From the IMG/VR virus record IMGVR_UViG_3300015360_000025: a stretch of 64,000 nt of DNA. One strand, 5' to 3'. Below, piece by piece: positions 1-10,181 of the stretch. The position numbers and the translations under genes are program-made. The DNA is from a virus. How positions within the stretch are numbered: position 1 is the first letter of the stretch; each line of letters starts with the position of its first letter. Under the pieces are notes generated by a model. The model was given only the letters and a program-made list of their open reading frames with translations, was not told the DNA's origin and did no database searches.

Positions 1-204
1 GAACATGTTCGAAGGACCAATCTTCTCGAGGAAAAGATCGATGACGAACGGAAGTCGATCGAAGAGAAGGTCGAACCGTTCAAGACACAACACGTCCAAG
101 TCAAGTTGCTTATGAAGATCGGTGTGGCCATCATTGCCGCTGGTGGGCTTGGCGGCGCAGGATTTGGTATCAAACAGCTCATCTCAGCTATCTTTGGCGA
201 GTAA
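1..204 (+). CDS. 3' end of a coiled-coil + C-terminal TM protein (holin/XhlA-like), partial
   Basis: Frame 1 open from base 1: EHVRRTNLLEEKID...IGVAIIAAGGLGGAGFGIKQLISAIFGE*; hydrophobic C-terminal segment. Confidence 0.5.
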   Translation, partial: EHVRRTNLLEEKIDDERKSIEEKVEPFKTQHVQVKLLMKIGVAIIAAGGLGGAGFGIKQLISAIFGE

Positions 205-213
205 GAGGTCGGT

Positions 214-3200
214 ATGGCCAAGCAGAAATTCCGCCCGCCCAATGAAACCCAAGGACGCGGGTTCCGTGGTGGTCAGGGATTCCCCGTACCGATGGATATG
301 AAGATCGGCTTCGGGGACGAGAAGTATGGTGAATTCGATGCCAGCATCGACGAGGATTCGTTCCTTGAAGACATCGTTGTAAACGTGTCTGCCAGGGTTA
401 CCGGTGGACAGCTCAAGAAGAAGGCGAGGTCTAAGGACGTCGTCTCCAAGAAAGGTTCTCCTCTCGACATCGTGGTCAAGAATGTCCTGGGTGGCCTACT
501 GGGGGAAGCCGATGAGCAGGGCCCAAAAGGGCCACCGAATGGCATCGCCCACATCGAAGATCTAAAGCCTGAAGAGTTCCTGAGGTTCCTTGAGAAGTAC
601 AGAGACCTGCCACTGGATGGCGGACTCGAGGTATCTGAGAAGGTTGATGGCTCGGCGCATATGTCTTTCGGCGTCAAGGGTGGCCAACTCTGGACCAAGA
701 GTAAGAATGGTACCGTCAAGATGTCTGCAGACGAGTATCCAGATCAACCGATGTTCCGCGCCTTGAAGCAGGCCCACTGGGCGCTACAAGAACTGACAAC
801 AAAGCTCCCGGAAGGTGTGACGTTTGCCTCCGATGTACTTTACACTCGCATTCCGAATTCGATCGAGTACGGCGACAACAGGATCGTGGTGCACGGAGTT
901 TCTGGAGGAAATGGTGTCGAGGCCAAACAGGTCATTGATCAGCTGTCTACACAGAGTCTTTCTGACGGTGACCAGAATTGGAAGATCGAGTTCAAACGTG
1001 TCTTATCTCCAGATGAAGTTATGGTTGACGTAAAGGAGGAGTTCAACTCCATCTCCGAAATCTACGACGAGCTGAAGCGACTCACACCCAACAAGTTGAA
1101 GGCGGTTGGCAAAGGACCGTACAAAGCCGCTCTCGCCAAGTTTCAAGCAATCCAGATGGCGCTAAAGAAGAAGCTTGTAGGACAACTCCGTGGCAAGAGT
1201 TCGGCCTACGGTCCAGAGGGTGGTGACGTCGAGGGACTGGTTTTCCGTGACCTGGAATCGGGTGCGATGACGAAGTTGGTCGACAAAGAATATTTCACCA
1301 AGTTGAATAAGTTCCTCTGGCGGTACCGTGAGATGCTCTATAATGGAGTTAAGATCGGCGACCAGTGGCAATTCGGGATACTCCAACGCTTCCGGAATGC
1401 GATCGCCGACAATGTCCTCGGATCGGCCGTCGCCAAGACACCTGGTTTCGTGGGACAGTTGAAGAAGTTCGGGTATGATCTCGAGTACCCTCCTGGGGCT
1501 AACACTTCTGACAAGAGAGCAGATTTCCTTCTCTCACAGTACATTCAGAAGAATGGTCTCATGTCGGGTGACTACCTGTCTGGATTTGTGAAAGAGCTGT
1601 ACACCGTCGCCGACGACTTCAAAGATCTCAGGAAGGAATGGGATACCAAGAAGAATGGTAACCTGACTCACCATGTGAAGGATGATCTCGGACATGTCAT
1701 CAAGTCCATCACGATGGATCAGATCATCAAGGACAGAACAGAAGAGGCGTTCAAGGGTATGGAAGAATTCCTGCTCGGAACTGGGAAGGCAATCGGTGAG
1801 ATCGGCAAGATGAAGGGAGATTTAACAAAGAAGACCGCGCTGCTCAAGCTCATGATGGGACAGGGAAGATTGGAAAAGTTAGCGACAGAGGCTAGCCCAG
1901 GACTCCGCGAATCTGAGTCGCGTGTCGGATCCATCGAACCGTTGGTCCAGAAGAATATGCCGTTGCTGGCGAAGCATGGGTTTGACATAACCCGTCCGTC
2001 CGCCGATTGGCTTCCGAACGCCATCGGATCAGGAGCTTCAGGCACTGCATACAGCATGAAGGACGGTCGCGTTCTGAAGATCACTACTGACGATACTGAA
2101 GCTCGGGCTAGCAACCACCTCAAAGGAAAGAAGCTCAAGTACGCTGCGCGAATCGACAACGTCTTCAGGTTCAAAGAAGAGCACGGTATTCCGGGTCGTC
2201 CTGTGAAGATGAAGTACTACGGGATCGTCCAGGAGAAAGTTAAACCTCTTTCGTCACCTGTCAAGCAAGAGCTAACAACCATCCTTCGACTCGCAGAAGA
2301 TCTATTCGGATTCGGTTGGATCACTAATGGTCGTGAGAAGAACGAGGCGCACGCAAAAGAATCTATTGCTGGTAATCCTGATCTGACGGCAGATATCACG
2401 CGCCTTCTGAAGGGTATGAAGCAGCTCAAGCTCTGGGACATGCTGGAAGAGCTTCAGACCAATGGGGTCGAATGGCAGGACCTCCATCCCGGTAACGTCA
2501 TGATGCGCGGGAAGGACCTGGTCGCCATCGATCTTGGTGTCTCCCGCTCCCCTGGAGCAGAGCCAGATATCCTTGAATCAATCCAGTACCTAGGAGAAGC
2601 CAACACTGGCGACGTAAAGTCAATTCTCAATAAGTTTGAACCTCTCCTTGCGAAGAACGGTATTAATGCCGGTGCGGAACTGGGGTCCGGAAGTCAAGCG
2701 ATCGTCTTCGACGCCGGTGGAGGGAAGGTCCTGAAGATTACTGAGGATCAGTCGGATGCTCAGGCCGCCCTCAAGGCGAAGGAATCTAATCTAAAGTACG
2801 TCGCCAAGGTCTTCAATGTCTTCAAGTTCCCCGGGGAAGACTACTACGGAATCGTCCTCGAGAGACTGGCCCACATTCCTGGTTCTGAGAGCGCTCCTGA
2901 GAGCACGAGCGGGGAGGCGGCGATCTTGGAGGAAGCCATTGACGAGTCTTTCCTCTTCGCTGCTTCGCGGGGAAAGTTCATCCGTTCATGGCAGGAAGCT
3001 TTCAAAGCGATGAACGCCATTCTCAAGACCAGAATGTCTCTTGTCGGGACGCTCGCCGGTCAGGACATGCAGGAGAACTTCGCCGCTTCGATCGCCACAC
3101 TCAAGAAGTACAACATCGATAAGATCATCGACGACATCGGTGCAGTCGGGATTGAGTTCGGTGACTGGCACACGGGCAACATCATGAAGCGGGGATCTGA

Positions 3201-4872
3201 TTACGTTCTCGTCGATCTGGGTTACTCGAAGGTCCACGGTGGACGTGAGCCGGATGTGCTCGAAAAGAAGGTGGTCGAGGGGGTGCTGAAGACTCTCCGA
3301 GAGGCACGGGCTGACCAGGTAGGGGTTACCATCGGTCGCTTCCAACCGTTCCACAAGGGTCACGCAGAGATCATCCGTGGACTCGCCAAGAAATTCGACA
3401 AGGTCATCGTCATCGTGGCCGGGAATACCAAGGACAAGAAGAATCCGTTCTCCCTCGAGACGAGGATGCAGTTGATGCAGAAGTCTCTACCGGACGTCAT
3501 GTCCAATGTGGAGATCCACAAGGCTGAGTACGGAGGGAAGGGAAGCGGGTACATTCCGGGAGTCCTCTCAGACATCGTGAAGAACAAGAGGTCTTCGGTC
3601 GAGGCAGATACTGCCATCCACATTCTGGTCGGTCCGGATCGGTTCGCCGAGATCAAAAAGCAGTTGGACCACGCCAAATTGGCCAAGGAGCAGGGGACCG
3701 AATTGCTATTTGATCCCAACATGGCTGAGCTCAACCAACTCCCTGGGGTCAAGAATGACGACGATACGGATCGGATCTCCGGCACCAAGGTGCGTGAAGC
3801 TCTCGTTGCCGACCAGAAAGACGTCGTCCAGAGCATGATGGATCCACATCTGGTCTCGAATCCTGCCGACTTTGAGAATCTCTACGTTAAGATGCGTTCG
3901 GAACTGACGGCAGGGTTGGCGGGAAAGCGAGCACGACCGACCGATCCAAATCCCGCAGGTCTTGAAGAAGATCTGAAAGACATCGGAAGCGAAGCAGGCG
4001 TTCAGGTCGTCCTTCAGGCGAATGCCGAGAAGCTCTTGGCTTCACCGTGGAAGATCGACGTCAACAAGCTTACCCAACTCGGATCTGGACAGGAGGGGAT
4101 CGCCTACGACATCGGAGGCGGGAAGGTCATGAAGGTCTCGGCTGACGAGAAGGAAGCCGAGACCAGCTATGGCATCAAGGGCAAGACGAACCTGAAGCAC
4201 GTCGTCCATGTCTTTGATGTCTTCCGCTTCATGGACACCCCTGGCATCGTGCAGCCGGTCTACTGTCTCATCACCGAGAAGCTCATCAAACTGACTGCAC
4301 CCGAACAGAAGGAATTCGACGACGTCACCGACGAGTGTCAGGCGCAGATGGGCAAGAAGCGGTACATCGACGCCGTCTGGACCGGAGACTGGAACCACTT
4401 CGTCCAAGAAATGCGATCTGCCTTCCAGGAAGACATCGCCAAAGAGTCGCACCTGCCGCCCGACCATCCACGTCTTGTCAGGGTCCTCGAATCTCGCATG
4501 CAGAGATACCTGCCGATCATGCAGAAGTTCAAGATGTCCGACATGATGTCCGAGCTAAAGGGATTGGGGATCAAGTTCGCCGACTACCACGGTGGAAACC
4601 TGATGAAGAGGGGAGGTGACTATGTCATCAACGATCTTGGCCGTTCGGAATCTACCAGCAATAAAGTACCACCGATGATGGAAGACATAGTCTCCAAGAT
4701 CATCGAGGACTTCGGATTCGGTTCGTCTGCCGTCGGAATGAAGGCTGGTAGCTCCGCGTGGTCGACTTCCAAGAACCAAGTCGATCCTAATTCCAAGGAA
4801 CTCTGGCAGAACCAACTCAATCGTATGGAACCGTTCCACTCAGGATCGGCGGACATTAAGAGACAGAAGTGA
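214..4872 (+). CDS. Multidomain polyprotein: ligase-like nucleotidyltransferase + 3 protein-kinase-like domains + NMNAT/cytidylyltransferase-like domain
   Basis: Ligase motifs EKVDGS, EGLVFR, KLVDK; three kinase sets (GSGASG/VLKIT/DLHPGN/DLG; GSGSQA/VLKIT/DWHTGN/DLG; GSGQEG/VMKVS/DYHGGN/DLG); GRFQPFHKGH...NPFS...ISGTKVR. Confidence 0.85.
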   Translation: MAKQKFRPPNETQGRGFRGGQGFPVPMDMKIGFGDEKYGEFDASIDEDSFLEDIVVNVSARVTGGQLKKKARSKDVVSKKGSPLDIVVKNVLGGLLGEADEQGPKGPPNGIAHIEDLKPEEFLRFLEKYRDLPLDGGLEVSEKVDGSAHMSFGVKGGQLWTKSKNGTVKMSADEYPDQPMFRALKQAHWALQELTTKLPEGVTFASDVLYTRIPNSIEYGDNRIVVHGVSGGNGVEAKQVIDQLSTQSLSDGDQNWKIEFKRVLSPDEVMVDVKEEFNSISEIYDELKRLTPNKLKAVGKGPYKAALAKFQAIQMALKKKLVGQLRGKSSAYGPEGGDVEGLVFRDLESGAMTKLVDKEYFTKLNKFLWRYREMLYNGVKIGDQWQFGILQRFRNAIADNVLGSAVAKTPGFVGQLKKFGYDLEYPPGANTSDKRADFLLSQYIQKNGLMSGDYLSGFVKELYTVADDFKDLRKEWDTKKNGNLTHHVKDDLGHVIKSITMDQIIKDRTEEAFKGMEEFLLGTGKAIGEIGKMKGDLTKKTALLKLMMGQGRLEKLATEASPGLRESESRVGSIEPLVQKNMPLLAKHGFDITRPSADWLPNAIGSGASGTAYSMKDGRVLKITTDDTEARASNHLKGKKLKYAARIDNVFRFKEEHGIPGRPVKMKYYGIVQEKVKPLSSPVKQELTTILRLAEDLFGFGWITNGREKNEAHAKESIAGNPDLTADITRLLKGMKQLKLWDMLEELQTNGVEWQDLHPGNVMMRGKDLVAIDLGVSRSPGAEPDILESIQYLGEANTGDVKSILNKFEPLLAKNGINAGAELGSGSQAIVFDAGGGKVLKITEDQSDAQAALKAKESNLKYVAKVFNVFKFPGEDYYGIVLERLAHIPGSESAPESTSGEAAILEEAIDESFLFAASRGKFIRSWQEAFKAMNAILKTRMSLVGTLAGQDMQENFAASIATLKKYNIDKIIDDIGAVGIEFGDWHTGNIMKRGSDYVLVDLGYSKVHGGREPDVLEKKVVEGVLKTLREARADQVGVTIGRFQPFHKGHAEIIRGLAKKFDKVIVIVAGNTKDKKNPFSLETRMQLMQKSLPDVMSNVEIHKAEYGGKGSGYIPGVLSDIVKNKRSSVEADTAIHILVGPDRFAEIKKQLDHAKLAKEQGTELLFDPNMAELNQLPGVKNDDDTDRISGTKVREALVADQKDVVQSMMDPHLVSNPADFENLYVKMRSELTAGLAGKRARPTDPNPAGLEEDLKDIGSEAGVQVVLQANAEKLLASPWKIDVNKLTQLGSGQEGIAYDIGGGKVMKVSADEKEAETSYGIKGKTNLKHVVHVFDVFRFMDTPGIVQPVYCLITEKLIKLTAPEQKEFDDVTDECQAQMGKKRYIDAVWTGDWNHFVQEMRSAFQEDIAKESHLPPDHPRLVRVLESRMQRYLPIMQKFKMSDMMSELKGLGIKFADYHGGNLMKRGGDYVINDLGRSESTSNKVPPMMEDIVSKIIEDFGFGSSAVGMKAGSSAWSTSKNQVDPNSKELWQNQLNRMEPFHSGSADIKRQK

Positions 4873-5897
4873 CTCTCCTCCGCATCAACCTGAAAAAAGA
4901 GAAAAGGAAATTCAAGAAAGCCGTAGCTATACGCACGGCCGTTTCCCCTGATCTCATCTGGAATCCATGGTCGCTTGAAGCTTTACTTGTTTCATTCGAG
5001 AGACATGTGAGACGGGTCGGTCGCGGGCCTGGAGAAAATAGGTCCGTCGCCGAACCGACAGCTCCGACCTTCGGCGGTGAGATCCAGGGACCGAACACCC
5101 ATTATGATGTCGACAATGTCGGAGCTTTGTTCGAAGTGAAGGGTCTCTCTGGATACGAAAGAACCATCAATATCGGAGGGGAAGGGAATTCGCTTGTCAC
5201 AGACTTCACTTCTCAGATCTGTCTAGTGGTCGGAGAATTGAGAGAGTTCAAGAAGGTGCTAGACATACTCGATAGAGTGACAGCTCGCGCCGTCCTGACC
5301 GAAGGATTCAGCATCCAACGCTTCAACGATTTCTTCGAAGAGCTAGTGCCCAAGTTGGAGACCGGAGTGGAGATCGCCCGCGGTACCGTCATCCATGCCG
5401 TCGATCAGTTCGAGAGGATCACCAGGTTCATGATCAGGGCGAAAGCGGAGCTTGAAATTTCCAAGAAGAAAATAGGTAGCGTGATCTTTGACTACGAAGG
5501 AAAGACGTTACTCTTGGAACAGGCGTCTTCAGAACTGCAGCTGCAACTGTTAAGAGATGTCGGCGTACCTCCTGAAGAGATTGCTCGGAAGTTCTTCTTG
5601 ATCATCGGTCAGAAGATTACTCACCCATGGCTGACAAACTACGGTAGATTCAGAGAAGCCTGGGAGAACCTCGCCCAAGCCGCCGACGTCTTAACGGCGG
5701 CCACCGACGGGTTGCTTGTCGTGCATGAAGAGTACGGCTGGTTCCTCATACCTCTCAGCGAGGTCAATACTCGGTTGACTTTCGATTCCATCACCAGGCG
5801 ATCTCTGCGCTTTCGTCTCAATGCTCTTCCTCCGAAACCCGTAAAGAACGTTCAGAAAACGATCCTGAGGTGTATCAGTGCCGTCGTGGAATGTTGA
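4869..5897 (+). CDS. Hypothetical protein, possible PD-(D/E)xK nuclease
   Basis: 342-aa ORF coupled to the upstream stop (GTGA); YDVD...FEVKG resembles a restriction-endonuclease-like active site. Confidence 0.4.
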   Translation: MTLLRINLKKEKRKFKKAVAIRTAVSPDLIWNPWSLEALLVSFERHVRRVGRGPGENRSVAEPTAPTFGGEIQGPNTHYDVDNVGALFEVKGLSGYERTINIGGEGNSLVTDFTSQICLVVGELREFKKVLDILDRVTARAVLTEGFSIQRFNDFFEELVPKLETGVEIARGTVIHAVDQFERITRFMIRAKAELEISKKKIGSVIFDYEGKTLLLEQASSELQLQLLRDVGVPPEEIARKFFLIIGQKITHPWLTNYGRFREAWENLAQAADVLTAATDGLLVVHEEYGWFLIPLSEVNTRLTFDSITRRSLRFRLNALPPKPVKNVQKTILRCISAVVEC

Positions 5898-6402
5898 ATG
5901 GGTCCGGGCCAAAGAGTATGTGCTCCTGAATTGTGAGTGCACGCCTATCCTTCTCAGTCAATCGTCAAAGCCTGATCTCTCATGGCTGATGAGTCGGATG
6001 GAAGAGCTAAGGATCCCGATTTCGTATACTAAGAATCTGGAAAAGATCATCTTTACCAAGATTCCCAGGGGACACCACGGCGATTACCAGGGAGACATCA
6101 TTCGCCTGGCGGCAGATAAGAAGACTGCACCGATCCTAGACAAAGTTTTCGTTCACGAATTAGCTCATCATGTCGACGATCACGAAGACATCTCTTCTGA
6201 CGATCTCCTGATCAAGGAGAAAAAGGTTGCTTCCAAGTACATGGACGATGCCTATGCCAGGAAGAACACGAGTGAATATCTAGCTGTCGGGTTTGAAGTC
6301 TACTACCTCGGGACCAAGGAAGAGAAGAAGAAATTGAGGGCCAAAAACCCACGCCTCTACCGTGCGATCGCCGCTTTACACCGGAAATTCAGTCGCATGT
6401 GA
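5878..6402 (+). CDS. Zincin metallopeptidase-like protein (lethal-factor/ImmA-like)
   Basis: FVHELAHHVD (HExxH) plus downstream EYLAVGFE third-ligand motif. Confidence 0.7.
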   Translation: MPSWNVEWVRAKEYVLLNCECTPILLSQSSKPDLSWLMSRMEELRIPISYTKNLEKIIFTKIPRGHHGDYQGDIIRLAADKKTAPILDKVFVHELAHHVDDHEDISSDDLLIKEKKVASKYMDDAYARKNTSEYLAVGFEVYYLGTKEEKKKLRAKNPRLYRAIAALHRKFSRM

Positions 6403-6491
6403 AGAGGCTCACTTGGCCTCCTGATGCCTAATTAACATGTGCGCTTTCAAAGCACAAATCACTGAAGACACCAACACAAGGACACAAAGCA

Positions 6492-7379
6492 ATGGACGTC
6501 AACGCACTCCGTGAACGCCTCGCCAATATGAACCGGAAGACCTCGAAGGGAAACGACATCTGGAAGCCGAAGGATGAGCACCAGGTTCGCCTTCTCCAGT
6601 ACCCGCACGGCGACGACCCCTTCCTCGAACTGAGTTTCCACTACGAGATCGGTGATTCTCCCCCGGTCCTCTGCCCACTGCAGTTTGGCAAAGAGTGTCC
6701 GATCTGCAAGTTTGCAGATCTGCTCAAGGCCTGGAAGGACGAGAACGGCGAGGATAAGCCGGAGAAGATGCGCAAGCAGGACTTCGAGCTCTTCAAGAAG
6801 ATCCAGGCCAAGGCCCGCGTCTACGTGCCGATGGTCGAGCGTGAGAAGGAGTCTGAGGGCGCCAAGTTCTGGGGTATGACCCCGGCGCAGGCCCAGCAGG
6901 CCCTGGAAGTCTGCCTTGATGGTGACCGTCTTGAAGCGCTCGGGCTCGAGAAGGATGACGCAAAGAATGGTCTCCGCATCCTGTTCGACGTCGACAAGGG
7001 ATACGACCTGGCTGTGTCGTTCGCCAAACCGGGAGAGAAAGGGAACGCCAAGACGTTCACCCAGATAACCGTCAAGGGTCGCATCAAGGGGACGCCGCTC
7101 GCGAAGGACAAGGCGTCTGTCAAGAAGATCATGGACAGCGTGAAGAAGATCACCGACGTCTTCCCGGAGGTCTCGACTGCCGAGGTTGACAAGATCTTCA
7201 AGAAGTTCGTGGGAAGCTCGGCAGCTGAAGCCACCCCTGAGGGTGGGACCGAGAAGTACGCCAAGACCGAAGAGGTCAAGGCTCCGGCGAAGTCGAACAC
7301 GAAGGAAGATGCCAAGGTGTCAGGCACTCGTTCGATCGACGACGCCTTCGGTGACATGCTCGCCGACGACGCCACCTGA
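6492..7379 (+). CDS. T4 gp32-like single-stranded DNA-binding protein
   Basis: IWKP...VRLLQYP...HY...LCP...CPIC zinc motif, KGYDLAV, acidic C-terminal tail, position before recA. Confidence 0.8.
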   Translation: MDVNALRERLANMNRKTSKGNDIWKPKDEHQVRLLQYPHGDDPFLELSFHYEIGDSPPVLCPLQFGKECPICKFADLLKAWKDENGEDKPEKMRKQDFELFKKIQAKARVYVPMVEREKESEGAKFWGMTPAQAQQALEVCLDGDRLEALGLEKDDAKNGLRILFDVDKGYDLAVSFAKPGEKGNAKTFTQITVKGRIKGTPLAKDKASVKKIMDSVKKITDVFPEVSTAEVDKIFKKFVGSSAAEATPEGGTEKYAKTEEVKAPAKSNTKEDAKVSGTRSIDDAFGDMLADDAT

Positions 7380-7388
7380 TTCAAACGA

Positions 7389-7420
7389 GCGAGGGGACTC
7401 AACATCCCCTCGCTTTCTCT
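7389..7420 (+). terminator. Rho-independent terminator
   Basis: 9-bp stem GCGAGGGGA/TCCCCTCGC followed by TTTCTCT, just after the ssb stop. Confidence 0.7.
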
Positions 7421-7438
7421 CGTTCAAGGAGGAACGAC

Positions 7439-7921
7439 ATGCCACAGTTTTACGTCGTGAAAGGGATCGGTGGAGGATTCGACGGTCTCGTGATTGAAGG
7501 CGAGTCTCTGGCTCACGCAGATCTGATTGCCGTCCAGAAGATTATCGATCGTGATTCTGTCGTTGGTGACAGGAATGTCGCCCTCCCGATCCCGAACAAA
7601 GGTCTATTCATCGGACGGGAGTTTCTCGATGAGATCGAAGATCCTGGGATTCGTGAATTCTCGTCGACAAACCCGTACGGAAAGCTACAGCTGGAGGGGA
7701 GGATGGACTGCGGCGGATTGCAGGTTGTCTACGCTCAGTACGAGCTCACCCTGACTGTCGTCGTCACCGACATGGTGGCAAAGAGGACGGTCCTCTCACA
7801 GAACTTCTCGAAGGACTTCGACAAGGTGAAGGCGAAGATCGAGGAGTGTCTCAAACAGGCAGATGCCGAAGACTTGGTCTTCCAGCTTCGCGCCCTCAAG
7901 GAGGCCGAAGTCAATGGCTAA
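7439..7921 (+). CDS. Hypothetical protein
   Basis: 160-aa ORF with AGGAGG RBS. Confidence 0.7.
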   Translation: MPQFYVVKGIGGGFDGLVIEGESLAHADLIAVQKIIDRDSVVGDRNVALPIPNKGLFIGREFLDEIEDPGIREFSSTNPYGKLQLEGRMDCGGLQVVYAQYELTLTVVVTDMVAKRTVLSQNFSKDFDKVKAKIEECLKQADAEDLVFQLRALKEAEVNG

Positions 7922-9149
7922 GAAAGACAAGGAAGAGAAAGAGTCCAAGAAGGACCGAGCACCAGTCGAAAAAGAACTCGATTCCCTCAAGCTCAGCAAG
8001 CTTCTCATCGGGGAACTGAACAAGGACCAGGACAAGACGGGGAAGGTCGCCTGGTGTCTTGCCACTGACGAGGACAACCCGACCGAGGTGAAGGAATTCA
8101 TCAGCACAGGGTCGGTCCTTCTCGACTACATCATCTCCAACAGGAAGAACGGAGGGATCCCGGTAGGGAAGCTGACCGAGATCTCTGGTGAAGAGGCGTC
8201 TGGTAAGTCGCTCCTCGTCGCTCACCTCATCGCCGAGACCCAACGTCGTGGCGGCATTGCGGCGTACATCGACGTGGAGAACTCGGCTAACCCTGAGTTC
8301 ATGGTCCGCCTGGGGGTGAACATCAAGGAGATGATTTATCTTCAACCACAGACCGTCGAGGAGGTCGGAGAGATGATCGAGAAGATCATCATCATGACAC
8401 GTACCCGTGCTCCAGACAAGCTGGTGCTCATCGCCTGGGACTCCATCGCGGCGACCCCATGCAAGTGCGAGATCGAGGGAGACTTCGAGATAGGCATGGA
8501 TCTGCAGCTGGCCAAGTCGAAGGTGCTCGCGAAGATGATGCGGAAGATCACCGAGACGCTTGGCAAGGAGCGGATCGCTCTGGTCTTCACGAACCAGTTA
8601 AAGACCAAGATCGGCGTCATGTACGGTGACCCGATGACTACCCCGGGTGGGAAGGCTGTCCCATACCATTCGTCTGTTCGTATCCGCCTGAACGGTGGTG
8701 CAAAGCAAAAGGACGACAAGACAGAGCAGATTTACGGGGTTCACACGACCGCCAAGATCGTGAAGAACCGCATGGGCCCACCGTGGCGTAAGTGCGAGTT
8801 CGACATCCTCTTCGCCTCAGGGATCGACGACGAGAGCTCATGGTTGCAGCGCCTTCACGAGTGCGAAGAGGTGTTCAAACAGGGCGGATGGTGTTACCTT
8901 TCCTCCTTCCCATCCGGGAAGATCCAGGAGAAGGGCGTTCACGCCGGCAAGGACCTCGGCATTTCTTTCCAGGAGAGCGGCTGGACAGAGATCCTCAAGA
9001 GACCGGAGGTCAGGAAGTGCGTCCTCGGTTTGCTGGAGAAACACATGATCGTCCGCTACGGCGAGAAGCCGAAGGATGTCCTACTCGATCCGGAATCTCT
9101 AATGGATTCAGAAGCCGTGCAGGAGGCGGTCGTCAATGGCGACATTTGA
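7914..9149 (+). CDS. recA: RecA/UvsX recombinase
   Basis: FISTGS, GKLTEISGEEASGKS (Walker A), IAWDS, FTNQ, TTPGGKAVPYHSSVRI; start moved to ATG 7914 after AGGAGG. Confidence 0.95.
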   Translation: MAKKDKEEKESKKDRAPVEKELDSLKLSKLLIGELNKDQDKTGKVAWCLATDEDNPTEVKEFISTGSVLLDYIISNRKNGGIPVGKLTEISGEEASGKSLLVAHLIAETQRRGGIAAYIDVENSANPEFMVRLGVNIKEMIYLQPQTVEEVGEMIEKIIIMTRTRAPDKLVLIAWDSIAATPCKCEIEGDFEIGMDLQLAKSKVLAKMMRKITETLGKERIALVFTNQLKTKIGVMYGDPMTTPGGKAVPYHSSVRIRLNGGAKQKDDKTEQIYGVHTTAKIVKNRMGPPWRKCEFDILFASGIDDESSWLQRLHECEEVFKQGGWCYLSSFPSGKIQEKGVHAGKDLGISFQESGWTEILKRPEVRKCVLGLLEKHMIVRYGEKPKDVLLDPESLMDSEAVQEAVVNGDI

Positions 9150-9414
9150 GCTCGACAAGTACGAGTCTGACCTGTATGAGGTATGGGTTCAGAAGCACTT
9201 GGACGAGTCCCATGACGGGCAGTTTCCGTACAGCGGAGCCATCGGCGGACTCTTTTCCTTTGTCGTGACCTGGACAAGCCTGGGAACGATCGTGAGTGTC
9301 CGCTGTGGACTCTGCGAATCAAAGTTGATTGGAAAAGAGACGAGCGAGAAGATGCACGAGAGGACGAACAAAGACTCGTACTCTCACTGTCTAACCAATT
9401 TCGACGACTGGTAA
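9136..9414 (+). CDS. Hypothetical protein
   Basis: 92-aa ORF coupled to recA; TSLG...CGLC. Confidence 0.65.
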   Translation: MATFELDKYESDLYEVWVQKHLDESHDGQFPYSGAIGGLFSFVVTWTSLGTIVSVRCGLCESKLIGKETSEKMHERTNKDSYSHCLTNFDDW

Positions 9415-9417
9415 CCA

Positions 9418-9969
9418 ATGCCAATCTTCAAGCCAGCGCAGGTGATCCGATTCACCTACATCCAGAAGATAGTCGACGAAGACACCGGTGATCGTTTCAA
9501 GGAAGTATTCGTGCTCAATCCCAGCTGGCAGGGGAAGATGCACGGAATCGATCTGAAGCGCCTGACGGCTGCCGAACGGCAGGTTCTCACGGCGATCTTC
9601 GATCCAAAGACGAAGAAGGGGATGTCCCGCATCCCGATGGTGAATGACATCTTGAGGCGTATGAATCCGCGTCTTGAAGTGAAGAACCCAATGTCGTTCT
9701 ACCAGAAATTCGTGAAGGTGTTCCTCAGGAACAAGGACGCCTACCGGGTGTACGAGACACCGAAGATGCTGAATGTTACGGTCGTGAAGCAGACGGAGGT
9801 CCAGGGTGGTGTCACCAATCCGACTCCTCTGTTCCATAAGGTCGAGACAAAGGCTCCGGTCGATCAGGCGGCCCGCATGGCCCTGATCAAGAAGGTCGCC
9901 GGTGAGAAGGGTGTAGGCGTGTCCTCGAAAGCCGCGGCCCCCGGTGGCGGAGTATTCAAGAAGATATGA
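9418..9969 (+). CDS. Hypothetical protein (distant gp2 DNA end-protector similarity not established)
   Basis: 183-aa basic ORF in operon context. Confidence 0.6.
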   Translation: MPIFKPAQVIRFTYIQKIVDEDTGDRFKEVFVLNPSWQGKMHGIDLKRLTAAERQVLTAIFDPKTKKGMSRIPMVNDILRRMNPRLEVKNPMSFYQKFVKVFLRNKDAYRVYETPKMLNVTVVKQTEVQGGVTNPTPLFHKVETKAPVDQAARMALIKKVAGEKGVGVSSKAAAPGGGVFKKI

Positions 9970-10181
9970 TTCTGTCTCACCTCTCGATGAAAGCCTTCCT
10001 GCTGCTCAAGGGCAGGAAAGAAGACACGAAAGGTCCGGCGTGCGGGAACAAGATAGGTTTTAATTCGGTTATGGTAGACGATGATGGGCAGATCATCAAG
10101 ACCGCTCCTGTAAACTGTCCGACGTGTGTCTCGGTCATGAGAGGTCTCAATGTCGACAATTCCCAAGATCCTGATCATTGA
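9966..10181 (+). CDS. Small hypothetical protein
   Basis: 71 aa, ATGA coupling, CG...CPTC. Confidence 0.5.
   Translation: MILSHLSMKAFLLLKGRKEDTKGPACGNKIGFNSVMVDDDGQIIKTAPVNCPTCVSVMRGLNVDNSQDPDH

Noticed and set aside
9418-9969. T4 gp2 DNA end-protector call
   Set aside because: Only vague resemblance; diagnostic motifs not seen
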